Shown here: piece by piece, positions 7,353-20,095 of the stretch
Position numbering within the stretch: position 1 is the stretch's first letter
Layout: each line of letters opens with the position of its first letter
Assembly: GCA_040904565.1 (NCBI GenBank)
Contig: JBBDTI010000023.1
Span: forward strand, 1-25,856
From: Rhodothermales bacterium
GTDB lineage: Bacteria > Bacteroidota > Rhodothermia > Rhodothermales > VXPQ01
DNA: 25,856 nucleotides
Direction of reading: 5' to 3'
Position numbers and translations under genes: made by a program
The notes under the pieces: model-generated
Databases searched by the model: none
Told to the model about the DNA's origin: nothing
The model's input: the letters and a program-made list of their open reading frames with translations, nothing else

Positions 7353-9355
7353 CGGATCGAGAGCGACTCGGCATCGACGTAGGCGGTACGTTTACGGATT
7401 TCGTCCACCTGAAAAACGGCGTCCTTTTCGCGCACAAGGTACCCACGACGCCGGACGATCAGAGTGCCGCCATCGGTTCCGGTATCCGACAGCTTCGGGC
7501 CGCCGAGCAGGCCGCGATCGCACACGGCACGACGACGGCGACGAACGCGCTGCTGGAACGACGGGGAGCACGCTGCGCGCTCGTCACCACGAAAGGATTT
7601 CGCGACGTGCTCGCCATCGGCCGCCAGAACCGGCCGCACCTCTACGACCTGTCGCAGCACCGGCCGGCACCTCTCGTTCCGGACGCCCTCCGCTTCGAAG
7701 TCGACGAGCGAATAGCTGCCGACGGCTCTATCGTCCGGCCCCTCGACGAGGACGAGGTCGCCTCCGTCGCCGCGGCGCTCCGTGGCCTCGAGGTGGAAAG
7801 TGTAGCGGTGGTGTTCCTTTTTTCGTTCCGCCACCCGGAGCACGAACGGCGCGCGGCCGAAATACTTGCCGCCCATCTGCCGCACGTCGACGTGTGCGTG
7901 AGCTCGGAGGTGCTGCCGGAATACCGGGAGTTTGAGCGTACGGCCACGACGGTCGTCAACGCCTACGTCCAGCCCGTAATCGGTCGGTACGTGGAACGAC
8001 TGACCGACGTCGTCGCGCCCCGAAGCATCCGCATCATGCAGTCCAACGGCGGGACGATCGGCCCCGTGCAGGCAGCCGTCCAGCCGGCCCGGCTGATGTT
8101 GAGCGGTCCGGCAGGCGGCGTCGTGGGTGCCTTCAACCTGTGCCGAACGACGCTCGGCGATCCCGCACCGCGGCTCCTCACGCTCGATATGGGTGGAACG
8201 AGTACCGACGTCGCCCTCTGTCCGGGGCGCATACCCCGAACGTCCGAAAGCGAGATAGCCGGCCTTCCGCTGCGCCTTCCGTCGATCGACATCCACACCG
8301 TCGGCGCGGGCGGTGGAAGCATCGCCCGGGTCGACGACGCGGGCGCGCTGCACGTCGGCCCGACCAGCGCGGGCGCCGTCCCGGGTCCGGCCTGTTACGG
8401 ACGCGGTGGTACCGAGCCGACGGTGACGGATGCCAACCTGGTCGTCGGACGCCTCCTTTTCGATCGTTTCCTCGGCGGCGACGTCGAACTCGACGTCGAT
8501 GCGGCGCGCGCGGCCGTCGATTCGCGAGCGCGCGGCCTGGGCCTGTCGTGCACCGAGACGGCGCTAGGCATCATCCGCATCGCCAACGCGGCCATGGAAC
8601 GGGCACTGCGACGCGTCTCGATCGAACGGGGGCACGATCCGAAACAGTACACCCTGGTACCCTTCGGCGGGGCCGGACCGCTGCACGCATGCGAGCTGGC
8701 CGACGCCCTGGGCATCGGCCGCATCGTCCTGCCCACGCATCCGGGCGTGCTGAGCGCGCTCGGTCTCCTCATGGCCGACGTGGTCTACGATGCCTCCATT
8801 TCCATCCTGAATCGTGGAGATGAGACGGCGGCGCTCTACCGCCGTCAGAGAGAGCACGTCCTCGAGGTGATGGCGAGGGAGGGTTTCGAGGCTCCCGCCG
8901 TCGAGACGTTCGTCGACATGCGCTACCGGGGACAGAGCTACGAACTTACGGTACCCGTCGATCTTCCGAACGAATCGCCGGACGCGGCGGCGGCGCGTTT
9001 CCACGAGGCGCATCGGAGGCGGTATGGCCACGCCCGACCTGACGCCGCCGTGGAACCGGTCACCGTCCGGGTCCGCGCTACCGCAGCCGGCGCGGAGGTC
9101 GCCCTGCCGCGAGAAGAGGAGGCGGCCGCATCCGACGCGGCACCGTTCGACCGGCGAACGCTCGTCCAGTCGGACGGCCACGAGGTTGCTGCACCCATCT
9201 ACGAGCGGGATGCGCTGCGTTACGGCCACACCGTAGACGGTCCGGCCGTCATCGCGCAGTACGACGCGACGATCTACGTCGCCGGCGGCTGGCGCGCATC
9301 CGTCGACCCCTGGCGTACCCTCCATCTCACCACCGCCCATCTCAACACCGCATAG
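7349..9355 (+). CDS. Hydantoinase/oxoprolinase A subunit (HyuA/OplA-like, ATP-binding)
   Basis: 668 aa; GIDVGGTFTD, HGTTTATNALLER, EYREFERTATT, DMGGTSTDV, GAGGGSIA, PGPACYG; GTGA overlap with the lexA stop. Confidence 0.93.
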   Translation: MTDRERLGIDVGGTFTDFVHLKNGVLFAHKVPTTPDDQSAAIGSGIRQLRAAEQAAIAHGTTTATNALLERRGARCALVTTKGFRDVLAIGRQNRPHLYDLSQHRPAPLVPDALRFEVDERIAADGSIVRPLDEDEVASVAAALRGLEVESVAVVFLFSFRHPEHERRAAEILAAHLPHVDVCVSSEVLPEYREFERTATTVVNAYVQPVIGRYVERLTDVVAPRSIRIMQSNGGTIGPVQAAVQPARLMLSGPAGGVVGAFNLCRTTLGDPAPRLLTLDMGGTSTDVALCPGRIPRTSESEIAGLPLRLPSIDIHTVGAGGGSIARVDDAGALHVGPTSAGAVPGPACYGRGGTEPTVTDANLVVGRLLFDRFLGGDVELDVDAARAAVDSRARGLGLSCTETALGIIRIANAAMERALRRVSIERGHDPKQYTLVPFGGAGPLHACELADALGIGRIVLPTHPGVLSALGLLMADVVYDASISILNRGDETAALYRRQREHVLEVMAREGFEAPAVETFVDMRYRGQSYELTVPVDLPNESPDAAAARFHEAHRRRYGHARPDAAVEPVTVRVRATAAGAEVALPREEEAAASDAAPFDRRTLVQSDGHEVAAPIYERDALRYGHTVDGPAVIAQYDATIYVAGGWRASVDPWRTLHLTTAHLNTA

Positions 9356-9361
9356 CCCGCC

Positions 9362-10942
9362 ATGGATCCGATCCTCCTCGAACTCTACCGGCACCGCTTC
9401 GCCGGCATCGCCGAAGAAATGGGCGTAACGCTGCAGCGGACCGCCTACTCGCCCAACATCAAGGAACGGCTCGATTTCTCCTGCGCCGTGTTCGACGCGG
9501 ACGGCCGGATGATCGCCCAGGCCGCCCACATTCCCGTCCACCTCGGCGCCATGCCTCGCAGCGTGGAGGCGGCCCTTTCGGCCGTCGACGCGTGGGAACC
9601 CGGCGACGTCGCCGTGCTGAACGATCCGTACGCCGGCGGCACGCACCTTCCCGACATCACGATGATCTCGCCCGTCTTCGTGGGGGACGAGCTCCACTTC
9701 TTCGCCGCGAGCCGCGCGCACCACGCCGACGTGGGTGGCATGACGCCCGGCTCACTGCCGCTATCCGATGAAATCTATCAGGAAGGCCTGATCCTCCCAC
9801 CGGTCAAGCTCTGCCGGGGGGGCCGCGTCAACGACGACCTGCTGCAGGTCATTCTTCGCAACGTGCGGACGCCCGAAGAGCGCCGCGGCGACCTCGCCGC
9901 CCAACAATCCGCCCACGCCGTCGCCGCCGACCGGCTCACCGAGCTCGTCGATCGGCACGGCCGGGAGGAAGTCTCGGACTATGCAGGACATCTCCTGTCC
10001 TACAGCGAACGACTGCTGCGCGAGCGCATTCGGACGTGGCCCGACGGCGTCTACACATTCAGCGACACGCTGGAGCTGGATGACGAGGCGGCACGCATCA
10101 CCGTGCAGGCCCGCGTGTCGGGCGACGGCGTCGCGTTCGATTTCGACGGCACCTCGCCCGCGGTCTCCGGCTCGCTCAACGCCGTGATGGCCATTACCGA
10201 GAGCGCCTGTTATTATACGGTACGGTGTTTGGCGGCGGCGGACGTCCCGGTGAACGACGGGTGCTTCCGCCCCATTGACGTCGCCGCGCCGGCCGGCTGC
10301 CTGGTGAATGCACGCGCTCCGAGCGCCGTCGCGGGCGGCAATGTCGAAACGTCCCAGCGGATCGTCGATGCGGTCCTCGGTGCGCTGGCGCAGGCCCTCC
10401 CCGGCAGCGTGCCCGCCGCGTCCCAGGGCACCATGAACAACCTTACCATCGGAGGCGCACGCCGTGACGGCCGTCCCTACGCCTATTACGAGACCATCGG
10501 CGGCGGGATGGGAGGTTCGCCCGACGCAGCCGGACTCAGCGGCGTGCACGTCCACATGACCAACACGCTGAACACCCCCGTGGAAGCGCTGGAGCTCGCA
10601 TTCCCTTTTCGGGTGGATGCCTACGCGCTGCGGCGAGGAAGCGGCGGAGACGGCATCCATCCCGGCGGCGACGGGCTCGTCCGCCGCTACCGGCTGCTCG
10701 AACCCGCGACCGTGACGCTGCTCAGCGAACGCCGCGAGCACGGGCCGTGGGGACTCGCCGGAGGTTCACCGGGCCGCCCCGGCCGTAACGTGCTCCTGCG
10801 TGACGGCGTCGAGGAACGGCTGCCTTCCAAATTCAGCCGCCGGCTGGATGCCGGCGACGTACTGATCGTCGAAACGCCGGGCGGCGGAGGCTGGGGCGCC
10901 CCCGGCGGGCCGGAACGCCCTGACGATCCACAAGAATCTTGA
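9362..10942 (+). CDS. Hydantoinase B/oxoprolinase B subunit (HyuB/OplB-like, metal-binding)
   Basis: 526 aa; SPNIKERLDFSCA, HIPVHLG, NDPYAGGTHLPD, HHADVGG, NTPVE, TPGGGGWG. Confidence 0.93.
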   Translation: MDPILLELYRHRFAGIAEEMGVTLQRTAYSPNIKERLDFSCAVFDADGRMIAQAAHIPVHLGAMPRSVEAALSAVDAWEPGDVAVLNDPYAGGTHLPDITMISPVFVGDELHFFAASRAHHADVGGMTPGSLPLSDEIYQEGLILPPVKLCRGGRVNDDLLQVILRNVRTPEERRGDLAAQQSAHAVAADRLTELVDRHGREEVSDYAGHLLSYSERLLRERIRTWPDGVYTFSDTLELDDEAARITVQARVSGDGVAFDFDGTSPAVSGSLNAVMAITESACYYTVRCLAAADVPVNDGCFRPIDVAAPAGCLVNARAPSAVAGGNVETSQRIVDAVLGALAQALPGSVPAASQGTMNNLTIGGARRDGRPYAYYETIGGGMGGSPDAAGLSGVHVHMTNTLNTPVEALELAFPFRVDAYALRRGSGGDGIHPGGDGLVRRYRLLEPATVTLLSERREHGPWGLAGGSPGRPGRNVLLRDGVEERLPSKFSRRLDAGDVLIVETPGGGGWGAPGGPERPDDPQES

Positions 10943-10954
10943 TGGAGACATATC

Positions 10955-11293
10955 ATGGCCTACAGTGAACGGCTTGCGGAGCGCATGCGCCGCATCCTGG
11001 CCGAGCGGTCGGAGACGATGAAGACGACGGAGAAGAAGATGTTCGGCGGACTCGCTTTCATGGTAGACGGAAACATGTGCTGCGGTGTGCTCGGCGACGA
11101 GCTGATGGCCCGCGTCGGACCGGAAACCTACGAGGACGCCCTCCGGCTGCCGCATGCCCGGGAGATGGATTTCACCGGCCGACCGCTCACCGGATACGTC
11201 TACGTATCGGCCGAGGGCGTCGCCTCCGCATCGGGTCTCGCCGACTGGGTGAGCCGGGCGCTGGCCTTCGTCGACACGCTGCCGGCAAAATAG
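10955..11293 (+). CDS. TfoX/Sxy N-terminal-domain protein
   Basis: 112 aa; EKKMFGGLAFMVDGNM, MDFTGRP; GGAG Shine-Dalgarno sequence; starts 12 nt after the B-subunit stop. Confidence 0.85.
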   Translation: MAYSERLAERMRRILAERSETMKTTEKKMFGGLAFMVDGNMCCGVLGDELMARVGPETYEDALRLPHAREMDFTGRPLTGYVYVSAEGVASASGLADWVSRALAFVDTLPAK

Positions 11294-11412
11294 GGCTGCG
11301 GGCGATGGTACCCGTCCACTCGCACCCGTCCGCTTGGCGCAGCCGTATTAACTTAGGACGACTACCAGATTAGAAGGGTATCCCCGGCACTTAGCATGCT
11401 ACTACAGATCCC

Positions 11413-12279
11413 ATGACCGTCCGAAAAACCTCCTATATCCTCCTGACGGCCTGCCTGTCGATTGCGTTCCGCGCCGTTTTCGCGCAGCCGTCCCACGCCC
11501 AGGACGTCCTCCACCGCGCCCACGCACACAACGATTACGAACACGACCGGCCGCTGCTCGACGCGCTCGACCGCGGATTCGGCAGCATCGAGGTAGACGT
11601 ATTTCTGGTGGATGGAGCGCTCCTCGTGGCTCACGACCTCGAAGACGTGCGGGCTGACCGAACACTCCGGTCGCTGTATCTCGATCCGCTGCGGGAACGC
11701 GTCCAGGCCCACGATGGATCGGTGTACGGTGAAGGCACGCCGGTCCTGCTGCTCGTCGACGTGAAATCCGAGGCGGAGCCGACGTATGAAGCGCTCCGCT
11801 CGGTTCTGCGCGAGTATGCCGGTATGCTGACCCGGTTCGAACGCAGCAGCGCGGCCGGGAGCGGCGAGACGGCTGACGGCGGTAGAGCGACGGAAGAGAC
11901 GATCGAAGGAGCCGTCACCGTCGTCATATCAGGCAACCGGGCGCGCTCGATGATGCGGGCCGAGGACGTGCGCCTCGCCGCCTACGACGGCCGGATGGAG
12001 GACCTCGAACAGCACGCCGACGTGCCGCCCTCTTTCATACCGCTCGTCAGCATCCCCTGGTACGGCATCTCCAGCTGGCGCGGCGAGGGCGCCATCCCCG
12101 ACGCCGATCTGGATCAGCTGCGTAGGCTCGTCGCGGCGGCTCACGAGCAGGGCCGGATGATTCGCTTCTGGGCTACGGCCGATACGTCCACCGTTTGGGA
12201 CGTGCTGACGGAGGAGAACGTAGACCTGATCGGCGCGGACGACCTCGAGGCGCTCGGCACCTACCTCCGATCGCGCTGA
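11413..12279 (+). CDS. Secreted PI-PLC/glycerophosphodiester phosphodiesterase-like protein
   Basis: 288 aa; signal peptide (..SHAQ), AHAHNDY, GFGSIEVDV, LLVDVK, RFWAT, VDLIGADDL. Confidence 0.8.
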   Translation: MTVRKTSYILLTACLSIAFRAVFAQPSHAQDVLHRAHAHNDYEHDRPLLDALDRGFGSIEVDVFLVDGALLVAHDLEDVRADRTLRSLYLDPLRERVQAHDGSVYGEGTPVLLLVDVKSEAEPTYEALRSVLREYAGMLTRFERSSAAGSGETADGGRATEETIEGAVTVVISGNRARSMMRAEDVRLAAYDGRMEDLEQHADVPPSFIPLVSIPWYGISSWRGEGAIPDADLDQLRRLVAAAHEQGRMIRFWATADTSTVWDVLTEENVDLIGADDLEALGTYLRSR

Positions 12280-12288
12280 GGCGCTCCC

Positions 12289-13950
12289 TCAGAGCCCGTC
12301 CGCCAGCAGCCAGTTGTTTGGATCGATGACCGGATCCACGCCGGCTGGAACGTCGACGACGGCCTCCCCACCTTCCATATCCACCCGAAACACCTCCCCT
12401 CCGAGATCGACCTCGACCGGCAGGGTAAAAGGAACGTCGAGGGGCGAGTCCCAACGAAGCGTCAGGCGCGATCCCTGTCGGATGGCGGCGAGCCGGGGCA
12501 GCTCCGCCTGCCGCAGGTACACGTCGAAGAACCAGCCGAGATCGCGGCCGGTGATCTGTTCCGCGAGGTGGACGAACTCCTGCGTCGTCGCGTGGCGGAC
12601 GTGCCTTCCGTCGGTTACCTCTTCCAGCGCCGGGTCGGGGTAGGCCATGCGGCGCAGCAGCCGGTCGAACGTCGGGTCGTCGTCGATCACGAACCGGAGC
12701 ATGTGGAGCACCCAGGCACCCTTGCTGTAGATGTCTCCGCCGTAGATTTCCGTCGAGCTCCGGTAACCGTGCGGGGCGACGGCCATGCGGTTCTGGATGC
12801 CGAAGGCCATGTTATCCATGTACGCGTGGTAGCCCGCCATCCCTCCGAGCTCTTCCATGTAGAGGGCCTGCGTGTAGGTGCCGAAGCCTTCGTGGAGCCA
12901 CATGTCGCTCCAGTCGACGTTCGTGACGAGGTTGCCCCACCATTCGTGCGCCAGCTCGTGATGGTGGAGGGCGTCGAAGCCCCAGTCCCGCCCGCCGGTC
13001 ATCGCGCCGTTGTCGAAGTTCGCCCCGTAGGCGATGATCGTCTGATGCTCCATGCCCAGATGCGGCGTCTGCGCGACGCCGTACTTGTCGGCGCGGAAGG
13101 GATACGGACCGAAGCGCTCCTCGAAAAAGGTCAGCTGGTCGTGGATTTCCGGCATGAAGGCGCGGGCGCGATCCACGTCCTCCGGCAGCGCGTAGAACGC
13201 GACCGGATAGGTTTCGCCATTCAGCCCCGTGTGCGTCTCCTCGATCGCCTCGTAAGGGGCCGCGTTCAGCGCGACGTTGTACACGTTGATGGGCGTCGAG
13301 ACGAACCAGTCGTACGTCCGCCAGCCGTCACCGGCGTCCTCCACGCCGCGCAGGCGTCCGTTGGAGGCGGCCACGAGCGGTTCGGGAACGGTGAAGCGAA
13401 TGGCCATTGAATCGGGTTCGTCGGACGGATGGTCCTTGACCGGCCACCACACGTCCGCCCCCGTAACCTGGCAGCTGGTGGCGATCCACGGCGAGCCGTC
13501 CTCCGTGCGCGCCCACGTGAGCCCGCCGTCCCAGGGAGGATTCGGTGCTACGCGTGGACGCCCGCCGTAATCGACGCGAACGACCACCTTTTCGCCCGGC
13601 TGGTACGTGCGCGTCAGGTCGATCCGGAGCCGGCCGCCGCGCCGTTCGTACGACCGGGCCGCGCCGTCGACCTGCACGGCGTCGACAACGAGGCGGTCAT
13701 CCAGATCGAGTACGAACCTGGAGGTGGGATGCACGACGGCAGCCGTCGCCGTCACCGATCCCGCGATAGAGCTGTCGGCCGGGTCGATGCGGAGGTCGAG
13801 CTCGTAGAACGTAACGTCGTAGGAGGCCTGCTCCTGCGACAGCTCGCCTCCGGAGGCGTATTCCGTCTGCGCCCTGGATGAGGTGGCCCCGCAGCCGGCC
13901 AGCAGGACGGCAGTGAGGGTCCAGGTGAGGAGATCCGGAGCGCGTCTCAC
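12289..13950 (-). CDS. M1-family zinc aminopeptidase, lipoprotein
   Basis: 553 aa; lipobox LLAGC; GMEH exopeptidase motif; HELAHEWWGN...WLHEGF (HExxH-x18-E); YSKGA. Confidence 0.92.
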   Translation of the reverse strand: MRRAPDLLTWTLTAVLLAGCGATSSRAQTEYASGGELSQEQASYDVTFYELDLRIDPADSSIAGSVTATAAVVHPTSRFVLDLDDRLVVDAVQVDGAARSYERRGGRLRIDLTRTYQPGEKVVVRVDYGGRPRVAPNPPWDGGLTWARTEDGSPWIATSCQVTGADVWWPVKDHPSDEPDSMAIRFTVPEPLVAASNGRLRGVEDAGDGWRTYDWFVSTPINVYNVALNAAPYEAIEETHTGLNGETYPVAFYALPEDVDRARAFMPEIHDQLTFFEERFGPYPFRADKYGVAQTPHLGMEHQTIIAYGANFDNGAMTGGRDWGFDALHHHELAHEWWGNLVTNVDWSDMWLHEGFGTYTQALYMEELGGMAGYHAYMDNMAFGIQNRMAVAPHGYRSSTEIYGGDIYSKGAWVLHMLRFVIDDDPTFDRLLRRMAYPDPALEEVTDGRHVRHATTQEFVHLAEQITGRDLGWFFDVYLRQAELPRLAAIRQGSRLTLRWDSPLDVPFTLPVEVDLGGEVFRVDMEGGEAVVDVPAGVDPVIDPNNWLLADGL

Positions 13951-14843
13951 TCCTTCGTACCGATGGTCAGGACGGGAGATTTCGCGGTGCGGACGACGTG
14001 CTCGGTCACCGTGCCGAGGAGAATCCCCTCGTGCGGAGAATGGCCGCGGCGTCCGACGATGATGAGATCGGCGGCGCGGTCCGCGGCGGCGGACACGATT
14101 TCGCGGGCGGGGTTGCCGCTTTCGACGAGATAATCGACCTCCACGTCCGACGAGCCGGTTTCTTCATCCATCTGACGGAGCGCGGCCCCGGCGTTCTCAG
14201 CGATCTCGTCGTCCACCTTCAGGGTCGTGACGGACATCATGCCCGTATCACTGAAGACGGGCACGAGGTGCTCCTCGGACACGAACAGCAGTGAGACGGA
14301 TGCGTCGTAGAGGGATGCGAGATGCTTGGCCGCGCGCACGAGCGCCGGGCTGTTCTCCCCGAAGTCCACCGCGACGAGAATGCGGTCGAACCCTTCGAAC
14401 GTCTTCGGCTCTTCACGGCGCGACCGAACGGTCATGACCGGGCTCCGGGCACCCCGGACGACGTCGCCCGCGGCCCCTCCGAGTGCCGGATGGTCGAGGC
14501 TCCGGTGGCCGTGCGTGCCCATCACGATCAGATCGATGTCGCAATCGCGCGCGTAGTCCAGAATCGTGTCCGCCACGCCGGCGCCCTCGCGCTCGACGAT
14601 TTTCAACTTGTCGTAGCCGGCATAGTGCTCCGACAGCTCCGCCTTCGCGCCCGCATCGCCCGTCTCCGGCATCGGCGTCGCGAACCATCGCGCGAACGCC
14701 GCGAACTGCGACTCCGTCGGCTTGACGTGCAGCACGTGCAGCGACGCGTCGAATCGGCGCGCCACGTCCCGAGCCACCGTAAAGGCATTGCGCGCGGCCA
14801 CCGACAGATCCGTCGGCACGAGGATACTCTTGATATTCAGCAT
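13947..14843 (-). CDS. Universal stress protein (two USP domains)
   Basis: 298 aa; ILVPTDLS, DLIVMGTHG, ILVAVDFG, LIIVGRRG...LGTVTEHVVRTAKSPVL. Confidence 0.92.
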   Translation of the reverse strand: MLNIKSILVPTDLSVAARNAFTVARDVARRFDASLHVLHVKPTESQFAAFARWFATPMPETGDAGAKAELSEHYAGYDKLKIVEREGAGVADTILDYARDCDIDLIVMGTHGHRSLDHPALGGAAGDVVRGARSPVMTVRSRREEPKTFEGFDRILVAVDFGENSPALVRAAKHLASLYDASVSLLFVSEEHLVPVFSDTGMMSVTTLKVDDEIAENAGAALRQMDEETGSSDVEVDYLVESGNPAREIVSAAADRAADLIIVGRRGHSPHEGILLGTVTEHVVRTAKSPVLTIGTKE

Positions 14844-14878
14844 AAGCTCAGCAGACTCCGTGAAAACGCTTGTTTCAA

Positions 14879-17596
<2,718 letters not shown>

Positions 17597-17609
17597 ATGA
17601 TCGGGTGCT

Positions 17610-17630
17610 GGTTACAGGTTACAGGTTACT
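17610..17630. repeat. 7-bp tandem repeat x3 just upstream of acnA
   Basis: GGTTACA GGTTACA GGTTACT. Confidence 0.8.
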
Positions 17631-17993
17631 CGTCATTCCAGGGCGCGGCGCCGGGGCCGGCGTCGGTCGTGCCGCTTCCGAGGCATAACCGGGAGCCATG
17701 TCCACGCGCACGGCCGCTCCGAGGGCATTGCGCGCTCGGAGATAAAAGATACTTGGCCGCCGCGTCAATTGTTCGTGCGCCGGGACGCGCGAATCCGCTC
17801 GAGCACGCCTGCGGCACGCGAGCGTGGTGAAAAAGGTGACAAAACCAGTGAGCGGCCGGAGCGGCCGCGGCACGCACTGCACCGCGCGATGCGTATCTTA
17901 CATGGCGCGCCTATCGCGACGGCGCCATCAACAGGATGTATCAACACCATAACGACGATAGTGTCGTCACCATACCCATTGCTCGCTGCCGCC

Positions 17994-18884
17994 ATGTCCA
18001 CGCGCCTTCCGGCTCTCCTGTCCGTCCTCCTTCTCGCAGGCCTTCTAGCCCAGCTCGCTGCCCCCGACGCCGCGGCGCAGCAGACCATCCCGCTCTGGCC
18101 CGAGGGCGCGCCCGGGGCCGTCGGCAGCGAGGAGGTCGATCGGCCCACGCTCACCATCCATCTGCCCGAAAACGGGAACGGCACGGCGGTGGTCGTCTGC
18201 CCGGGAGGTGGATACCGCAATCTCGCCATGGATCATGAAGGGCGGCAGGTTGCCGAGTGGCTGAACGAGCGGGGCATTGCGGCCTTCGTGCTCAAGTACC
18301 GCCTGGGCCACCGTTATCGCCATCCGGCGCCGCTGTCGGACGTCCGGCGCGCCCTGCGCATGGTCCGGTCCGGTTCCGACACGCTCGGCATCGACCCCGA
18401 GCGTATCGGCGTGTGGGGTTTCTCAGCCGGCGGACACCTCGCCGCTACGGCGTCGACGCAGTATGTACGGGGGGATGCGCAGGCCGAGGGCCCGATCGAT
18501 CGGGTGAGCTCGCGTCCCGACTTCTCCATTCTCGCGTATCCGGTCATTTCGCTGGCCGAATCCTACACGCACCAGGGCTCACGCCAGGCCCTGCTGGGCG
18601 AGGATCCCGATCCGGCCCTCGTCTCGCAGCTCTCCAACGAACGGCACGTCACCTCGTCCACCCCGCCCGCCTTCCTCTTCCACACGGATGAAGACGAAGC
18701 CGTACCGGCCGAAAACAGCGTGGCGTATTACCTCGCGCTGCGCCGGAACGGCGTTCCCGCCGAGCTGCACGTCTACCGCGACGGGCGCCACGGCGTGGGG
18801 CTGGCGCCCGGCGACCCGGTGCTCGGCACGTGGCCCGACCGGCTGGAAGACTGGCTGCGCGCGCAAGGGCTGCTGGGCGGTTAA
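17994..18884 (+). CDS. Secreted alpha/beta hydrolase (carbohydrate esterase-like, BD-FAE type)
   Basis: Likely ATG at 17994 giving signal peptide MSTRLPALLSVLLLAG..AAAQ; PGGGY oxyanion motif, GFSAGG nucleophile elbow, DxxV Asp, HGVG His. Confidence 0.88.
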   Translation: MSTRLPALLSVLLLAGLLAQLAAPDAAAQQTIPLWPEGAPGAVGSEEVDRPTLTIHLPENGNGTAVVVCPGGGYRNLAMDHEGRQVAEWLNERGIAAFVLKYRLGHRYRHPAPLSDVRRALRMVRSGSDTLGIDPERIGVWGFSAGGHLAATASTQYVRGDAQAEGPIDRVSSRPDFSILAYPVISLAESYTHQGSRQALLGEDPDPALVSQLSNERHVTSSTPPAFLFHTDEDEAVPAENSVAYYLALRRNGVPAELHVYRDGRHGVGLAPGDPVLGTWPDRLEDWLRAQGLLGG

Positions 18885-19084
18885 GCCCGCCGGGAAGTTA
18901 TCCGGGTCGGATTGAGGCAGGTTATGCGGGACGGGACCGCGTGTCTAATAGGTAGAGACCGCCTTCATCGGTGAACCGGCCCGCGACGTCGAGCGTATCA
19001 GAAAAACCTGTTATTCCGACGAATGATGACGTCGTACTGCGCCGACGAATCGTGAAAACCGTACGCACATCACCGGAGAACGCG

Positions 19085-19645
19085 ATGGCAGAGCCGCTCA
19101 CCATCCATCGTCTGACGGTCGACGACTACCACGCCATGGCCGAGGCCGGCATCCTGAGCCCGGACTCCCGCGTGGAGTTGATCGACGGACAGATCGTCGA
19201 AAAGATGACCATCGGAGCCCGTCACATGCGCGCCGTGAACACGCTCAACGAGCTGGCCGTCCGACGTGCCGGGGACGTGGTGGAAGTCAGCATTCAGAAT
19301 CCCGTTCGGTTGAGCCGGTATTCGGAACCCGAGCCCGACGTCGCCCTGCTCAAGCGGTCTCGCGATCCGGCGGAGATCCCGCGTGCGGCGGACGTGCTCC
19401 TGCTGGTCGAGGTGGCCGACGCGACGCTCCGCGTCGACCGGTCCGTCAAGCTCCCGCTTTACGCGGAGGCCCGTATCCCGGAGGTGTGGATCGTCAACCT
19501 GCCCGAGAGCCGGGTCGAATGCTACCGCGACCCCTCGGCCTCAGGCTACGAGACGGCGTTCGACGTCGGGGCGGATGGGCAGCTGGAAGCCCATCTCGTG
19601 CCGGAGATGGGGGCGATCTCCGCCGCCTCGGTGCTCGGCGCGTGA
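19085..19645 (+). CDS. Uma2-family (DUF820) PD-(D/E)xK endonuclease-like protein
   Basis: Likely ATG at 19085 with GGAG SD; LTVDDYHAM, RVELIDG, EPEPDV, LLVEVAD, KLPLYA..IPEVWIVN. Confidence 0.9.
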   Translation: MAEPLTIHRLTVDDYHAMAEAGILSPDSRVELIDGQIVEKMTIGARHMRAVNTLNELAVRRAGDVVEVSIQNPVRLSRYSEPEPDVALLKRSRDPAEIPRAADVLLLVEVADATLRVDRSVKLPLYAEARIPEVWIVNLPESRVECYRDPSASGYETAFDVGADGQLEAHLVPEMGAISAASVLGA

Positions 19646-19747
19646 GTCGCCGGCATCGGGCGATCTCCGCAGGCCCACATCCCGCACCCACACCCCACAC
19701 CCTCCAATTAAGAACTTTTCGTACAGGGCGGCCGGCTATTTGCCGGA

Positions 19748-20095
19748 ATGAAAATCGGCCGTAAGATATTGAGCCATCTCGCGATGGCTCCCGTGTGCGT
19801 TGTGCTCGTTCTCCTGACGTACACGCTGAACCTGCTCTCTTCGGCGAGTGACCTGCAGGCGCAAGAGTATGGGCAAACCTGCACGGAGTGCTTGGCTGGA
19901 GTGGGCGTGTCATTCGCACCGGCCGCGCCATCCGGCCGCTCTTTCAGGTACGGGGCGCCTCTAGAGCATCATAGCGCCGTTCGGCGGCTCGGGAAATTCA
20001 GAATGAATTTCGATTGGATGAGGAGCGTACGAGGCCGCGTCAACCATCTGCCGAGTACCGAACGGCGGATCGGTCTCCCCTGGATCCGGCCGTGA
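19748..20095 (+). pseudogene. Possible truncated secreted-protein gene or spurious ORF
   Basis: Signal-peptide-like N-terminus ending LQA-Q, then CTEC; the remainder looks like translated non-coding DNA. Confidence 0.3.

Noticed and set aside
11392-11401. Palindrome TAGCATGCTA upstream of the phosphodiesterase-like gene
   Set aside because: It is short and single, with no promoter context; compatible with chance.
17769-17993. N-terminal extension of the alpha/beta hydrolase (and 18971-19084 for Uma2)
   Set aside because: The downstream ATGs give a clean signal peptide, or an SD with a family-typical start.
19085-19645. Uma2 nuclease as the mobiliser of the tRNA cassette or as a defence system
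   Set aside because: It lies outside the repeats, has host-like composition and no partner genes, and Uma2 proteins are not known recombinases.
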